Of a stretch of DNA of 64,000 bases, positions 1 to 16,524 are shown piece by piece; the stretch's first letter is position 1; each line of letters opens with the position of its first letter. The DNA lies in the NCBI RefSeq assembly GCF_009914755.1, contig NC_060926.1; one strand, given 5' to 3'. The DNA comes from the human T2T-CHM13v2.0 reference genome, Homo sapiens. Position numbers and translations under genes: made by a program. The notes below the pieces were generated by a model. The model was not told the origin of the DNA, made no database searches, and saw only the letters and a list, made by a program, of their open reading frames with translations.

Positions 1-749
1 ATCTGCATGCATTTTTCATTCCAAATAGAAAATCACTTTCATCATAATATATTCACAAAGAAAAACTGAGAAATCCCTTAGCCAGAAGGAAAGAAAAGTG
101 AATATCATAATGTTTTAAAGAAAAGTGAATATCCTGTTTTTAAGAAAAGTTAACATCATACAAGTTACATTATATCTTTCTGAAAATTTATTTTCTCCAG
201 ACTGAGAAAGCATTATGACTAAAGCATAGATACTAGGAAAATAATCAGTTCCAATTTTTTTCATTAATGTTGAGTACAAGCTGCTACTTCAAAAATATCT
301 TCATCAGATTTAAATTATTCTGTAACTCCATTCCCTATTTCCCATCTCCTAAAATGATGTTAATTTATCATTCTCAGGAATGCATTCTCATCATCTTAGA
401 GGAAATTGTAATTAAATAAACCCTTGGTGAGTTCATCCCTGAGGTGAACATGAGGTGAGTACAAATCCTTCTAATTCCCATGGAAATTCCCAAAAGTGAG
501 AAGATAAGTGCCCAGATTGCCAGAGATCTCCTTTAGAAAAGGATAGTTCGCAAACTAAGGTTATTTTTCGGAAAACTGCTTGCAAAATCGAATAATGCTA
601 GAGTACCAAATAGAAAAATCTGAATATGTAATTGGGCATCAATTTGCAAATATGCCTTAGTGGAAAGCTTTACAAATGGAAACTTTATCATGGGATTTCA
701 CTTCCTTTACTTGGTGAAAGGCATACTAGTGACTGTATATTATTTCCCA

Positions 750-871
750 TCTAGAATGCTCTTTCCTATTCTCTTTGAAATCCTGAATCCTACAGATTCT
801 TATGTGTTCTGGTCTATAATGCTTCCCTGTTTCCTTTGAAGTCCTCAATCCTACAGATTCTTATGTGTTCT
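750..871. repeat. Imperfect tandem duplication, 2 x ~61 bp
   Basis: aatcctacagattcttatgtgttct occurs twice, with diverged 5' halves. Confidence 0.85.
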
Positions 872-1383
872 TAGCCTTGTAAAATGTCAGAGGCTGTTCA
901 TTCTATAACTCCACTATCAGCCAAGTACTTCTAATGGGGGGGAAATGTTACTTACAATTAACTTCTTTAGTTATAGCACAATTACTCATTTCCATCATTC
1001 TTACAGCATATCAAGTATCCTCCATAAAAGAGCCCAAGAGAGAGGTCCTTTTCAGGTTTATTGTATTTGAAAAGTCACTCGTAATATAAAAATCAGAAAG
1101 CTTTTCTGAGATGGACTGGTAATTAGAGCAGCAGACAAAATGCTGGAAGATTCAATAGTTCTTGAAGTCAGTTCCAGATTTGGACAGCTTCTTTGTACAT
1201 CAGCCTCCATTTGACAAAATGAAGAAAGACAGAACAGCAGTGCACATATATAATGATATTTCAATAGAAAAAGGGATTTCATTGCCCAGGGGGAAGAGAA
1301 TCAAGTGCCCCTTAGTTAATGCAAGACACACGATTCCCCAGTAAGGCCATTCTGGAATTTATCAAAAACATTGCTCTGTGCAA

Positions 1384-1542
1384 ATGGTTCTTAACCTGGC
1401 TACACTTTAAAATTACCCAGGGAGAGTTAAAACAAAGTAAAACCCAGTAAACCTGGTCTCCACCCCCAGGGGATCTGAGAATCTGATTCAATTGGTCTGG
1501 GGTGGGATGAATCTAATATGCAGCCAGGGTTGAGGAGCTCTG
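1384..1542. mobile_element. MER5-family (hAT-Charlie) DNA transposon relic
   Basis: Motifs tggttcttaacctggct...ctgattcaattggtctggggtggg...tctaatatgcagccagggttgag resemble MER5A1. Confidence 0.6.
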
Positions 1543-2183
1543 TCATAGGGAATCAAAGTAATCAAAATGATAGTTAAGGCACAAAACTCACATTATGGAG
1601 ACATTTATTTTTAATTACCCTAAAGCATGCAAGACATATGAGTACTAAAAAAGCAATATTCTCCTAACCTACCACATCAGGACCAGTGGAGCATAATTCA
1701 ATTTTTGGGAATTAGAAAGCTGCTTCCAAAAATTCCTGGTCTCTGTGATCAATTCTCTAGTCAATTTGATTCTTTTTATTAAAACAATGGGAAAGGCTTA
1801 TTGATGTTTTCTCTTAGATTTTTCCCGGGTAGGAATAATAATTCTGTAACTACAAGAGTCATCCAATTCCATGTTTTAATGAGAAGCATGGTGGTATTTA
1901 TGGTTTTATAGCCTGGAATGGCTAACTTGTTTGTTTGTTTCCTGAGAATTTAATGAAAGCTGAGTATGTGTATACATATATAATTTTATGTAGAATTTCA
2001 GTGGGTTCACAAATCACCCACAATTCCCTGAGAGTTCACAGATCCCAGGTTAAGAAGTCCTGCTTTGCAGACTTCTCCATAAGTTACTGGTCATGAGTGA
2101 TAAAAGATGAAAAGGAGAAAGGGCAATAAATGAAGCTAGAGGTATAGCAGTTAGGACCTGGAAATTCCCAAAGTATTCTAGGA

Positions 2184-3814
<1,631 letters not shown>

Positions 3815-4580
3815 ATACTTAAAATTATGTCATCAACTGCACTGGCTTCTCGTAGCACAAGAGAACATAAATGTACAAATATTTCCACTTTTCTTGAAAA
3901 CTCAATACTGTATATAATATATGCTATTTTTTCCCAACAAAAAAGGATAAAGAAGATGGCAAACTTAATTCTTTATTTTCAATGGTCTCAGAACTTCCAT
4001 GGTTAGAACTGTTAAATTCAGTAGTGTTTCTTTTCATTGAACCAAACATTATCAATTCAATGGAAGTAATTTTTTTAAATCCTAAAAACAACAACACAAA
4101 ACAAAACAAAAAACTTCCCCTGGGTAATGTTGCTCAGGAAGAAATGAAATCCCATTATGTAGTACATTGTGATTTTTAAACCATTTTTGTCTGGAAAACA
4201 ATTACACTTCAAACCCAGTTGTGAACCTGAAACCAGCTTTTCTAAACCAGAAAATAAAACAGAGCCCATTGAGCTATGTGATTCTCCAGGTTATTAGAGA
4301 TAAGAGATGGAGGCCCTCTCTCTTGTCACACTCAAAGGTGCCAGAGGGTTGGCTGCTCACAGCCACCTTTGGGTTTTAGTTACAATAATTCTTTCTTTTA
4401 AATAGTATTCTTTTTATGATTATAAAAGTAATAAGAATAATAAACAAGAGCAATACATGTTATTGTTTTAAAATCTAGAAAGTCTTCAAAGATGTAAAGA
4501 ATACAAAAATACCTGTAACTCCAAAACTATTTGTTGAAGACCACCTATACATTGCTCTATCCTTTACCTTTGTTTTTCCA

Positions 4581-4585
<5 letters not shown>

Positions 4586-4614
<29 letters not shown>

Positions 4615-4886
4615 GAGACGGAGTCTCTTGCTGTTGCCCAGGCTGGAGTGCAGTGGCGCAATCTTGGCTCACTGCAACCTCCCCTCCCAGGTTCAAGCTA
4701 TTCCCCTGCTTCAGCCTCCCAAGTAGCTGGTGCGCGCAACCATGCCCTGCTAATTTTTGTATTTTTAGTAGACACGGGGTTTCATCATGTTGGCTAGGCT
4801 GGTCTTCAACTCCTAACCTCAGGTGATCCACCTGCCTCGGCCTCCCAAGGTGCTGCAATTACAGGTGTGAGCCACCGTGCCCGGCC
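4586..4886 (-). mobile_element. AluS
   Basis: Poly(T) followed by a dimeric Alu reverse complement ending cccggcc, with a short caatgc flank repeat. Confidence 0.93.
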
Positions 4887-5579
4887 TCAATGCATTTTAA
4901 AAAATAAATAGAATCCTCTAGTACATAAAGTATTGCAGCATGTTTTTTTCTCCTCAGTACATAAAAGGATGTAAAAGGATTTGGTAAATGACCTTGACGG
5001 AGAAATGTTTGTGAGCAGCACAAGGCCATCCCAAGAATAGTGCAAGCCCTTTGTGAAACTTCTTGCATTTTATCTCTGCTTTGAGTGTTTGTGCAATTTT
5101 ATTTAACTGTTGAACAAGTATATTTTATTTTGGATGTGGAAAGAAAATTCAGACTAACAAATCTATACCTACAAATGGAAATAAGATAAGGCTGAGAGGG
5201 GTAAGTTATTCCCTTGTAACCTTAAAGAGACAATCATGGAATATCATTCTTGCATACACTGGGATTAATTAATCTCCCTCTTTTGGTTTCTGCACTATGA
5301 AGGAAGTACAGAGAATGGCTATCAAAAGAGAAATGCTAAAACCTCAAGGTGAATTTCACCAGAATCAAGCCTTAAGGAACGGACATAATTCCTTAAACTG
5401 AGCAACTCTCAGAGCTGGGTTTAGTAGAGAAAAGTGCTATTTTTTTCCTGCCTCTCCATATAATTCCAGAGTTAGAGATTAATAGTAACAGCAAACTGAA
5501 AGAAACTGAGAAAAATAACTAAAGGTTTGTCTCCTTAAATTTATGATATAAAAGGAGAAAAAATACTGAATTAATAGAT

Positions 5580-6480
5580 TGACTAATTGAACAAAATTTA
5601 TTGAGCCCCTTTTACATTCCAGGTACTGTGCTAATTATTGGAAATAAGAAATTCCCATGAAGATAAGGTTGCTGTTCTCCAGTAGCTTACATGCCATAGT
5701 GGAGGAGGTAGAGATGGGCAATAAACAAGTAAATGAATAACTACGCTGCTATAAGAAAAGAGTAACTTGAAGGTCAACGGACTAATTTGGAAAAGATCTC
5801 CCAGGGAAGGGGTATTGAGTGAAAAGAAGAAGCTGATCTGGAAACCAGAGCCAAGAAGAGGAATGAAGACATGTAACAACCCTAAGACTAGAATGAGCTT
5901 GGTATGAGTCAGGAACAGAAAAATCCCTATGGCTGGAGAGTATTGAACATGATGGAAAGAAGACGGAAAGGTGTCTCAAAGGAAGACAGGCCTAGATCAT
6001 GCAGGACCTCGGAAGCCAGGGCTGAGAATTTGGATACAGTGCCAAAAGTGCCCGTGGCAGTTTTTTATGCATAAAAGTGCCATGATCTGATTTACAGTTT
6101 TAAAGTATCTCTCTGGCTACCCTAAAGAGAATACATAGTCATGGAGCACTAGTGGAATCAGGAGGACCCAATAGGAGGCTATACCAATAGTCCAGACAAG
6201 AAATGAGGGTGGCTTGGATCATGATCAGGATGGTAACTGTATAAACAGAGAGAAAGCAGAGACTGTGATATATTTTAAGCTAACAGGGACTTGCTGATGA
6301 ATTGATTAATTTGAGTAGTGAGAAAAAGATTTCAGGGTTGAACAATTGGGGGAATGGTGTGGTCCTTTATTGGAATAGGAAAGGCTTTGGAGAAAATAGG
6401 TTGCAAAGAGGCCTAAAATTTGATATATCAATCGGATATCCAAAACTCAAATCAAGTAGAGTTGGATTTAGATAAGGAAG
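5580..6480 (-). mobile_element. L2 3' fragment
   Basis: aacaaaatttattgagc...ccaggtactgtgcta (L2 3' end, reversed) followed by typical L2 purine-rich body motifs. Boundaries are approximate. Confidence 0.65.
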
Positions 6481-8195
6481 CAAGGAGTTACAGGTTTATT
6501 AAGTATTGGTGAGAAGGTTATATATTATATTTCTTTAAATTTTACTCCAATTGTAATGCCTTCAAAATTTTCGGTATTAGAAATACTGGTTAATGTTTAT
6601 GATTAGAATAAATAATTATACTATCCTTTTAATAAAGTAACAATAAAATTCATACTCTTTTTTTCCTAAGTAGCTAAGCATTAATCCCAGCTTACACAGC
6701 AATGTCCTTGCTTACTGATACATAACTAAAGGTTTAGAATTAGCCCAGCACCTCCTGGCAGGATTGATGAGCAATCACTGTCATTATTTTTTTTTTATCT
6801 CTGGACCACTTAGGAAATTTCCCCGTCGCTTAAAGTTTCCATTATCTTTTTCATCATTATTTTAGAGTTTCAAAGTGTCACCAGAGAATGATATAAAAAT
6901 AAATTAAAGCGGACTTTAATTTAAAACCCTAATTGTAGTAGAGACGGGGGCCCAAAGTTCTCCTTTTCATCCACCTAGAAGACAGAAGACAATTTGAAAA
7001 TAGTTCCACTTTGATACCATTGTGTATCAAAGAAGAAGCTAAAGGTACCATTTTGAAACTCATTGGGAATGAAAAAATTTCAACTACATCGTAGAATTAA
7101 TAATGGTTTTCATTATTTATGAGTATTTTTTGAAATTGAATTTCATTATAAAACATTAGAGTCATTTCATGTCTACTTTTTTATAGCCAAACTTGTATGT
7201 AAACATACTTCAGAATAAACTTAGGAGAACTACTCCCAGGTTGCTAAAAATGCCCAGGCTGCCCACACGAGAGAATTAAAGCAAACTATATAGAATGGAA
7301 TTTGAGATTTTCCATAGTCATATATAATTGTCTAAAACAGGAAAGCTGCCAAGTCAAGAAGAAAAAAAAATGAAGCACATGAAAACAAATCTAATATAAC
7401 ACATTAATCACAACTCTTGTACATGTACAACATAGCTATTTAGAGAAAATAGGTCTGCCCTAAGGAAAACTATTGAAAGTTATCTTGGGCTGCCCAGCAT
7501 CCCATATTTAATATTAGTCTAGTCTTGCCCTAGACATGACCCCTTTATATGGATTCATACATATCCTAATGTTGCCTCCCGACTGGTTGGTCTTTCAGGT
7601 CACAAGTTGATGCAGAACCACCGTCAGTGGTAAAGAAGATGTCAATCTTAGATAGCAAATGCTTCAGTAATTACAGTATTGAGACTGTCATGCTAAGAGA
7701 CATATATGTGATCCAGACGGCTTTTCAGAACCTTCCTGATCATTCCTCCAGGATGCTGCCCCCAAATGGAGTAAAATGCTTCCTCTTACAAACAGCAGGA
7801 AGAGTCCAGGTTTCTCAGCCCAACATTCAATGTCCTGTGTAATTTTCCTCTCTCCAGTTGATAGCTTCAGACCTTCCTCCCATCTTCTCCTACACAGAAC
7901 CTCTACTCCAAACTCTTTCTCTGTCCCAGAAGAGAATGTGAATTTTGGCCTCCAGGTTTTTTTTTTTAATCGGTGAGAATCTCACCTAAGGCATGAAGCT
8001 CACCCTTCTCTCTGCCCAGTCTCAAGTCTTCATGGAGCCTGCCCTGACACCCCAGCCTGCTGAGACCTTTCCTTCTCTAGTATAGAGGCTGTATCGCTGG
8101 CAACATGCCTTGTTACAAATAACTGTATGACATTTCTTTCATCCGTCTCCAAAATCTCAGTATTCACATACCCTTCACTATTTTTTCCCATATTC

Positions 8196-8425
8196 ACATA
8201 CTACCTGTTACGTTTTGGTCTTTATTACTTTCTTGAAACCAATTCCCACATTTTTACTTACATTTAATTTTATAGAAATTTTTAGATCATGACCATAATG
8301 GAAAGTCAATACATACTACCTGTTATGTTTTGGTCTTTATTATTTTCTTGAAGCCAATTCCCACATTTTTACTTACATTTAATTTTATAGGAAATTTTAG
8401 ATCATGACCATAATGGAAAGCCAAT
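8196..8425. repeat. Tandem duplication, 2 x 115 bp
   Basis: acatactacctgtta...ggaaag(t/c)caat starts at 8196 and again at 8311, with a few mismatches. Confidence 0.93.
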
Positions 8426-8492
8426 AACATTTTACATAAATTGAAGATAATTGTAAAATATAACCATTAATATAAAAATGTTTGTCTATGTA

Positions 8493-8784
<292 letters not shown>

Positions 8785-10828
8785 CTATGCCTACTACCTA
8801 AAATTATCTCACATATCTCAGTTTGGGAAATGCTACTTTATGTTGTCATCTCATATTGCAATTTAAGCCTTGCATCATGTAAGTTATTATGTGTGTATAT
8901 CTATTTCCCTGAATATACCATAACTTCCTAAAGAAGGTCATATATTATACTTCACATTCCACAGTGTTTTTAGTCCAGTGTGTTGCACTTGGTAGGCATT
9001 AAATAAATATTTGTTCAGTAAATAAATGTCCACAAATGTATCAATATCCCTAGTCACAGTTTGTAGTTATACAATCGGTAAAATGAAAATACTCAAACTT
9101 AATAAGCCCATTTAATTATATAATGAATTTATATAGTATACTATCATGGATATAAAATATATTATAAATAAAGGAAAACATCGCTATTAATAGTAACAGT
9201 GTTAATCACATGAGATTCTGGATTTTAAAATTTTAAAGTGATAGCTCTAGATTTTATGAAAGTAATAAGCAGGAATAGATCCAATAGTTAACTGATGTGC
9301 CTTGCTTTAGACAAACCCAATAGATCAAAATCCAAGCATACATGAAAGATGAATTAGGGTCAGATAAGTTACACTGCAAAATAAATTTAGAGTAGAGGCC
9401 ATTTGAACAGCAAATCCTAACAACATTTTAAATGCAGCTTGACTCCTATTTCAGGAACATATTTATTAGACAAATTAAAGTGTGCATTATCATAAAAATG
9501 AACACAAGTAAACTCAGGGGGAGATAATAAAAAGCTAAAGAAAAAAAATCTCAAAAAAAATCTCATAAATTTTCTGATTTGAACTGGAGGTTTGGTTAAT
9601 ACTGTATCCAAATGCATTTTTTTAAAAAATATTCTGAACTGTTATTTCCCGAAGATCAAAGTTTTAATTTTCAAAAGAAAAGTTGCCAAGAAGAATTTTT
9701 AAGACAAAGTAAATAGAGAAACTAGTTGGGGTGGTGGGAATTATTCCAGATCCCTGTGCCTTCTGTAGGAAAAATAAATAAAATCTGGCAGTCAGTAGGC
9801 TTTCTGTATCTATGTCCTTTAACTATTTCAAACAGAGAAAAATAAGAAACTAAAATCTACTGCTTCCAAATGATTAAATATCTTCCACTAAATTTATAAA
9901 GGTTCCTACTCAGACAATTTTTTCACTCATTCCCTCAAAACACCAATATTTCTGTATCTTCAGGATGAGCTCTATACGGATTCCAGAAGAAACATCAACC
10001 AGAAACAGACCTGAGTGTGTGCTAGTGTAACCCAGCATTCCACATACCCCCAAATATGCATTATGATATGGTGACCTACACTCCTCCATGGAGAATTATG
10101 AGATATCAGAGCAGGAGCAGATCTTTAAAGGTTCCTACTATAATTCCTTTGAATATGAAAAATGACTCCAAGGAAAAGTTATTTTCCCAACTTACAAAGA
10201 TAAACTCAAGTCCAGTGGAGTGAATAGATCCACTCTTGCCTGCACCTAGCCACAGTTCAGCTTCCCAAGTACTACTCTCCCCTGGTCCACCTGCAAGGTG
10301 AGAAAGTAGATCCAGAGAAACACCCAACCCATTCTTTCCCTATTCTCTGCTTCTCTCTTGAAATCTGTCTGCAGAAATATGATATCTGAAAATAGCTTTT
10401 ATCCTAAAGCACAAGTATAGGGCAAATTTCCAGAGAGTATCTAGAAAGCCACAAATAAAACTTGAGGATGGGGCACGGTGGCTGCTTGAGAACTGGAGTC
10501 ATTTTGTAACCCAAGCTGGAGATGTTTCCAGTGGCCTCCACCATCCAGCTGCACCCCTTCAGACTGGGTTAGGTACAGGGGAAGTACTCTGCTTTACTCT
10601 GCCATGGCATGCCCTCCACTGAACTGTCATCGTGAGTGGATTCTGCAAGGGAGGCCCTGAGTCTTACCCATCTTCTTATCTCCAGTGCCTAGCACAATGC
10701 CTGGTATAGAGAAGATCCTCAATAATGGCTGTTTTTAAAAATTACTGTATATTATTTAATTTCTATTATTTTCCAGGTGATACATATAAATAACTTGAAA
10801 AAGTCAAATAATCAACAGGATTTATTTT

Positions 10829-10929
10829 ATTTCTGTTTTGTTTGTTTGGTTTTTTTTTTATTGAGACAGGGTCTTGCTCTGTCACAGAGGCTGGAGTGCA
10901 GTGGCGCCATCTCAGCTCAGTGCAACCTC
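10829..10929 (-). mobile_element. Severely 5'-truncated Alu (right-arm 3' end)
   Basis: T-rich tail plus gagacagggtcttgctctgtc...tgcaacctc, flanked by gatttatttt on both sides. Confidence 0.8.
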
Positions 10930-11071
10930 AAGATTTATTTTTAAAAGAAGTGTTATCTTCTATCCACCAATCCCTCAATTATATAATACACATATCTATT
11001 TCTCCGAGTTAATCATATTAAACTTTTAGCTATTTAGTTGATTATGTATTTACTACTTAACTCTATTTCTA

Positions 11072-14000
11072 TTTTTTTTCTTTCCAACTTTTATTTTAGG
11101 TTCAGGGGGTACATGTGCAGGTTTGTTACATGGGTAAATTGCATGTTGCAGGGGTTTGTTGTACCGGTTATTTAATCACCCAGGTAATGAGCATAGTGCC
11201 TGATAGGTAGTTTTTTGATCTTCACCCTCTTCCAACCCTTCACCCTCAAATAGGCTCTAGCGTCTATTGTTCCCTTCTTTGTGTCCATATGTTCTCAATG
11301 TTTAGCTTCTACTTAAAAGTGGGAACATGTGGTATTTGGTTTTCTGTTCCTGTGTTAATTTGCTTAGGATAATAGACTCCAGCTCCATCCATGTTGCTGC
11401 AAAGGACACAATCTCATGTTTTTTAAGGCTGCATCGTATTCCATGGTGTATATCCATGTCCATCACTGATGGACATTTAAGTTGATTCTGTATCTTTGTT
11501 GTTGTGACTAGTGCTGCGATGAACGTGCATGTATATGTGTCTTTATGGTAGAATGATTTCTATTCCTTTGGGTATATACCCAGTAATGGGGTTGCAGGGT
11601 CAAATGATAGTTCTGTTTTAAGCTCTTTGAGAAACCTCCAAACTGCTTTCCATAATGGCTGAACTAATTTACATTCCCACCAGCAGTGTATAAGTGTTCC
11701 CTTTTCTCTACAACCTCACAAGCATCTGTTATTTTTTGATGTTTTAATAGGAGCCATTCTGAGTGGTGTGAGATGGTAACACATTGTGGTTTTGATTTGC
11801 ATTTCTAATGATTAGTGTTGCTGAGCTTTTTTCACATGCTTGCTGGCCGTATGTATGTCTTCTTTTGAGAAGTGTCTGTTCATCTCCTCTGCTCATTTTT
11901 TAATGGCATTGTTTGCTTTTTGCTTGCTAATTTGTTTAAGTTCCTTAAAGATTCTGGATGTTAGGCCTTTGTCAGATGCATAATTTGCAAATATTTTCTC
12001 CCATCCTGTAGGTTGTCTGTTTACTCTGTTGATAGTTTCTTTTGCTGTGGAGAAGCTCCTTAATTAGTTCCCATTTGTCAATTTTTCCGTTGCAATTGCT
12101 TTTGGAGTCTTGGTCATAAAATCTTTGTCAGGATCTATGTCCGGAATAGTGTTTCCTAGGTTTTCTTCTAGGGTTTTATAGTTTTAAGTTTTACATTTAA
12201 CTTTTTAATCCATCTTGAGTTGATTTTTATATATGGTGAAATGAAGGGGTCCAGTTTCATTCTTCTGCATATGGTTAGCCAGTTATCCCAGCACCATTTA
12301 TTGAATAGACAGTCCTTTCTCCATTGCCTGTTCTTGTCAACTTTGTCGAAGATCAGATAGTTGTAGGTGTGTGGCTTTATTTCTGGGTTCTCTAACCTGT
12401 TCCATTGGTTTATTTGTTTATTTTTGTATCAGTACCATGCTGTTTTGGTTATGCAGCCTTGTCATATAGATTAAAGTCAGGTAGTGTGAGGCCTCCAGCT
12501 TTATTCTTTTTGCTTAGTATTGCTTCAGTTATTTGGGCTCATACTGGTTCCATATGAATTTTAAAATAGTTTTTTCTAATTCTGTGAAAAATGTAATTGG
12601 TAGTTTGATAGGAATAGCATTGAATCTGTAAACTGCTTTGGGCAGTATAGCCATTTTAATGATTGATTCTTCCAATCCATAAGCATGGAATGTTTTTCCA
12701 TTTGTATTTGTTGTCTCTGATTTTTTTCAGCAGTGTTTCGTAATTCACATTGCAGAGATCTTTTACCTCCCTAGACAGCTGTATTCCTAGGTGTTTTATT
12801 TTCTGTGTGGCTATTGTGAATGGCATTGTGTTCTTGATTTGGCTCTCAGCTTGGACATTGCTGGTATATAGAAACGTTATTGATTTTTGTACATTGATTT
12901 TGTATCCTGAAACTTGGCTGAAGTTGTTTACCAGATCTAGGAGCTTTGGGGCACAGAGTATGGGATTTTCTAGGTATAAAATCATATCATCTGGGAAGAG
13001 AAATAGTTTGACTTCCTCTAGTCTTTTATTTCTTTCTCTTGCTTGATTGCTCTGGCTGAGTCTTCCAGTACTATGATGAATAGGAACAATGAGAGTGGAC
13101 ATTCTTGTCTTGCTGTAGTTCTCAAGGGGAATACTTCCAGTTTTTGCCCATTTAGTATGATGTTGGCTGTGGGTCTGTCATAGATAGCTCTTATTATTTT
13201 GAAGTATGTTCCTGTTCCTTCAATGCCTAGTTTATAGAGGGTGTTTTTTTTTAACATGAAGAGATGTTCAATTTTATTGGAAGCCTTTTCTGTGTCTGTA
13301 AGATGATCTTGTGGTTTTGTTTTTAATTCTGCTTATGTGATGAATCACATTTATTGATTTGCATATGTTGACCCAACTTTGCATCCCAGAAATAAAGCCT
13401 ACTTGGTCATAGTGGATTAGCTTTTTGACATACGGCTAGATTCAGTTTGCTAGTATTTTTTTGAGAATTTTTACATTTATGTTCATCAGGGATGTATGCC
13501 TGAAATTTTCTTTTTTTCTTGTGTCTCTGTAAGGTTTTTGTAACAGAATGACACTGGCCTCATAGAATGGGTTAGGAAGGAGTCCCTCTTCTCAGTTTTT
13601 TGGAATAGTTTCATAGAATTGGTGACAGCTCTTCTTTATACATCTGGTAGAATTTGGCTATGAATCCATCTAATTCAAGGTTTTCTTCTGGTTGGTAGGC
13701 TTTTATTACTGGTTCAATTTTGGAACACATTATCAGTCTGTTCATGGTTTCAATTGTTTACTGGTTCATTCCTGTATGTTTCCAGGAATTTATCCATTTC
13801 TTCTAGGTTTCTAGTTTGTGTGCCTGGAGGTGTTTGTAATAGTTTCTGAGGGTGTTTTGTGTTTCTATGGGATTGGTGGTAATGTCTCCTTTGTCTTTTT
13901 TTTTTTTTTTTTTTTTACTCTCCCTGTGTCGCCCAGCCTTGAGTACAGTGGCAGGATCTCGGCTCACTGCAACCTTCGCCTCCTGGGTTCAAGTGATTCT

Positions 14001-14222
14001 CCTGCCTCAGCCTCCCAAGTAGTTGGGATTACAAGCATGTACCACCACACCCAGCTAATTTTTTATAGTTTTAGTAGAGACAAGGTTTTGCCATGTTGTC
14101 CAGGCTGGTCTTGAACTCCTGTCCTCAGGTGATCCACCCACCACAGCCTCCCAAAAGTGTTGGGATTACAGGTGTGAGTGACTATGCCCAGCCTCCTTTG
14201 TCACTTTTGATTGTGTTTATAA
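11072..14222 (-). mobile_element. Older L1PA (about L1PA13-16) 3' 2.8 kb, interrupted by an Alu
   Basis: Reverse-strand L1 3'UTR (ggtacatgtgcaggtttgttacatgggtaaattg) and degenerate ORF2 RT peptides (track ORFs 12656..13102 and 13018..13257). Confidence 0.88.
13896..14193 (-). mobile_element. AluS inserted in the old L1
   Basis: Alu reverse complement with poly(T) and TSD tcctttgtc. Confidence 0.92.
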
Positions 14223-15351
14223 TAAAGGTTTTTTGATTGAATGAAGGAATGATTGAATAAACGTTAATTTCTAATATCTGCCTCACAGGATTGTTACAAG
14301 CTTAAAGCATCTAGTATAGACTGACAGTAGTAAGTACTGAATAAACCTCAGCCTCTAAAACCTGGCCCCAATCTACTGTCTCCCCAGGGCCCATCCCCAC
14401 ACAAGCACCTCTTCTATATGTGTGTCAAACTATACTAGTCACTTTCTCTAATTTACTAGATGTACTAGGTGCTGGGCATTGTGCTAAGCGGTTTATCTGC
14501 ATTTATCAGCTAATTCCCATAACAATTGTGGAAGCTAGGTACTGTTATTATTGCCATATTAGATGTAAATTCCATGAGGACAAATGTATTTTTGCTTGTT
14601 TTATTGAATAATTGAATAAATGAATGAATAAATGAATACCTATTTCATGAATGCAGAAATTGAGTCTGAAAGAGATTCAGCCATTTGCCCAAAGTCACAC
14701 AGATAATAAATGGTAATTCAAGCCACATTGATTTCAATATCCATGCTTTTAATCACTTTCTCACACCCTCTCAGCTGGGAGAGTGGTGATTAGGTGTTTA
14801 TCAGACGAGGTGCTAATTCTTATTTATCCCCTAGACCTTGGTAACAAGGTAACAAAGACAAACAAACAAACAAACAACAACAAAAAACAGAGACTGTATT
14901 TATTCTGACTCTAAACTGTAAGATATTCTTTTTTCTCCTAATAAATCAAGGTTTATCAACAGAAACATTTATTTTTATGTCAACACCAATTAGTCTTCCC
15001 TGTGGTTCTCAAAGCAATAAAATAATTTGTTCAGGCAAACCCAGCTAAAAAGACAAATATTTCTCCTTTTTGTTAGATTTTGATTGATTCCTATTTTATC
15101 TAGATCACAGAAATTATGCTAAGGTAGAAATTGTTTTTTCTATAGCAAACTAAAGAAAATTTGTAATTCTGATGTTCTTCTAAGTGATGCTCACTAGTTG
15201 AGAAGATAACAAAGAACTACTACATACAATTCCAAATAAACCCAAGCTTACATAACTATTTTAAAAAGCAAACAATTCAGGTGAAAATACTCATATGCAG
15301 TCAAATAAATTCCTATAGGATGAACCAATTTTTCCATTATTAAAAACTCTC

Positions 15352-16135
15352 AACAAACATATGAAAAAAAGCTAACCATTACTAGAGAAATGCAAATCAA
15401 AACCACAATGAGATACCATCTCACACCATTTAGAATGGCAATTATTAAAAAGTCAGAAAACAACAGATGCTGGCGAGGATATGGAGAAACAGGAACACTT
15501 GTACACTGTTGGTGGGAGGGTAAATTAGTTCAACCATTGTGTAAGACAGTGTGGTGATTCCTCAAAGATCTAGAACCAGAAATACCATTTGATCTGGCAA
15601 TCCCATTACTGGGTATATGTCCAAAGGATTATAAATCATTCTACTATAAGAACACATACACATGTATGTTTATTGCAACACTATTAACAATAGCAAAGAC
15701 TTGGAACCAACCCAAATGTCCATCGATGATAGACTGGATAAAGAAAATGTGACACATATACACCATGGAATACTATGCAGCTATAAAAAAGAATGAGTTC
15801 GTGTCCTTTGCAGGGACATGAATGAAGCTGGAAGCCATCATTCTCAGCGAACTAACACAGGAACAGAAAGCCAAACACCACATGTTCTCATTCATAAATG
15901 GGAGTTGAACAATGAGAACACATGGACACAGGGAGGGGAACATCACACACCGGTCCTGTCGGGGTTGGGAGGCAAGGGGAGGGATAGCATTAGGAGAAAT
16001 ACCTAATGCATGTGGGGCTGAAAACCTAGATGATGGGTTGATGGGTGTAGCAAACCACCATGGCACATGTATACCTATGTAACAAACCTGCACATTCTGC
16101 ACATGAATCCCAGAACTTAAAGTAAAATAATAAAA
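15352..16135 (+). mobile_element. 5'-truncated L1PA (about L1PA8-10) 3' end
   Basis: ORF2 tail and 3'UTR (taatgcatgtggggctgaaaacctagatgatggg), an A tail and TSD aaaaactctc. Confidence 0.88.
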
Positions 16136-16524
16136 AAAAACTCTCCAGTGTTTGCATTATACCCATAATTTCACTGTTAATGTTGATATAAACACTCAGT
16201 GTTCCATGAGCACTATATTGTTAAGCTGTGCTAATAGAAATCAAGGAACAGAGATGTGCCCTGTAATATATGATACTGAAACCCATGATTCCTATATGTG
16301 CAAAATTTTATGTAAAGAAAAAAAGTAAGTAAGCCTCTCCCTATAAATATTCATTATTATCAACAATCAGATCTTAGTGACTAAAAGTGGGGTTTGCAAC
16401 TAATTATGTCAGTGCCAATCTTGTATTTACAAGATTGTATTACACTACTTTGTATCTCCTGGGGAATAAATGAGTATTAAAAATACATATAACCGTGAAG
16501 ACTAGTCATTCTAAAGATTTTATT

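Noticed and set aside
4475-4858. Alu-derived ORFs here and at 8545, 13818, 26183, 37354-38335, 40590, 42587, 54432 and 62684
   Set aside because: These are typical Alu translations ([18 protein letters not shown]), not genes.
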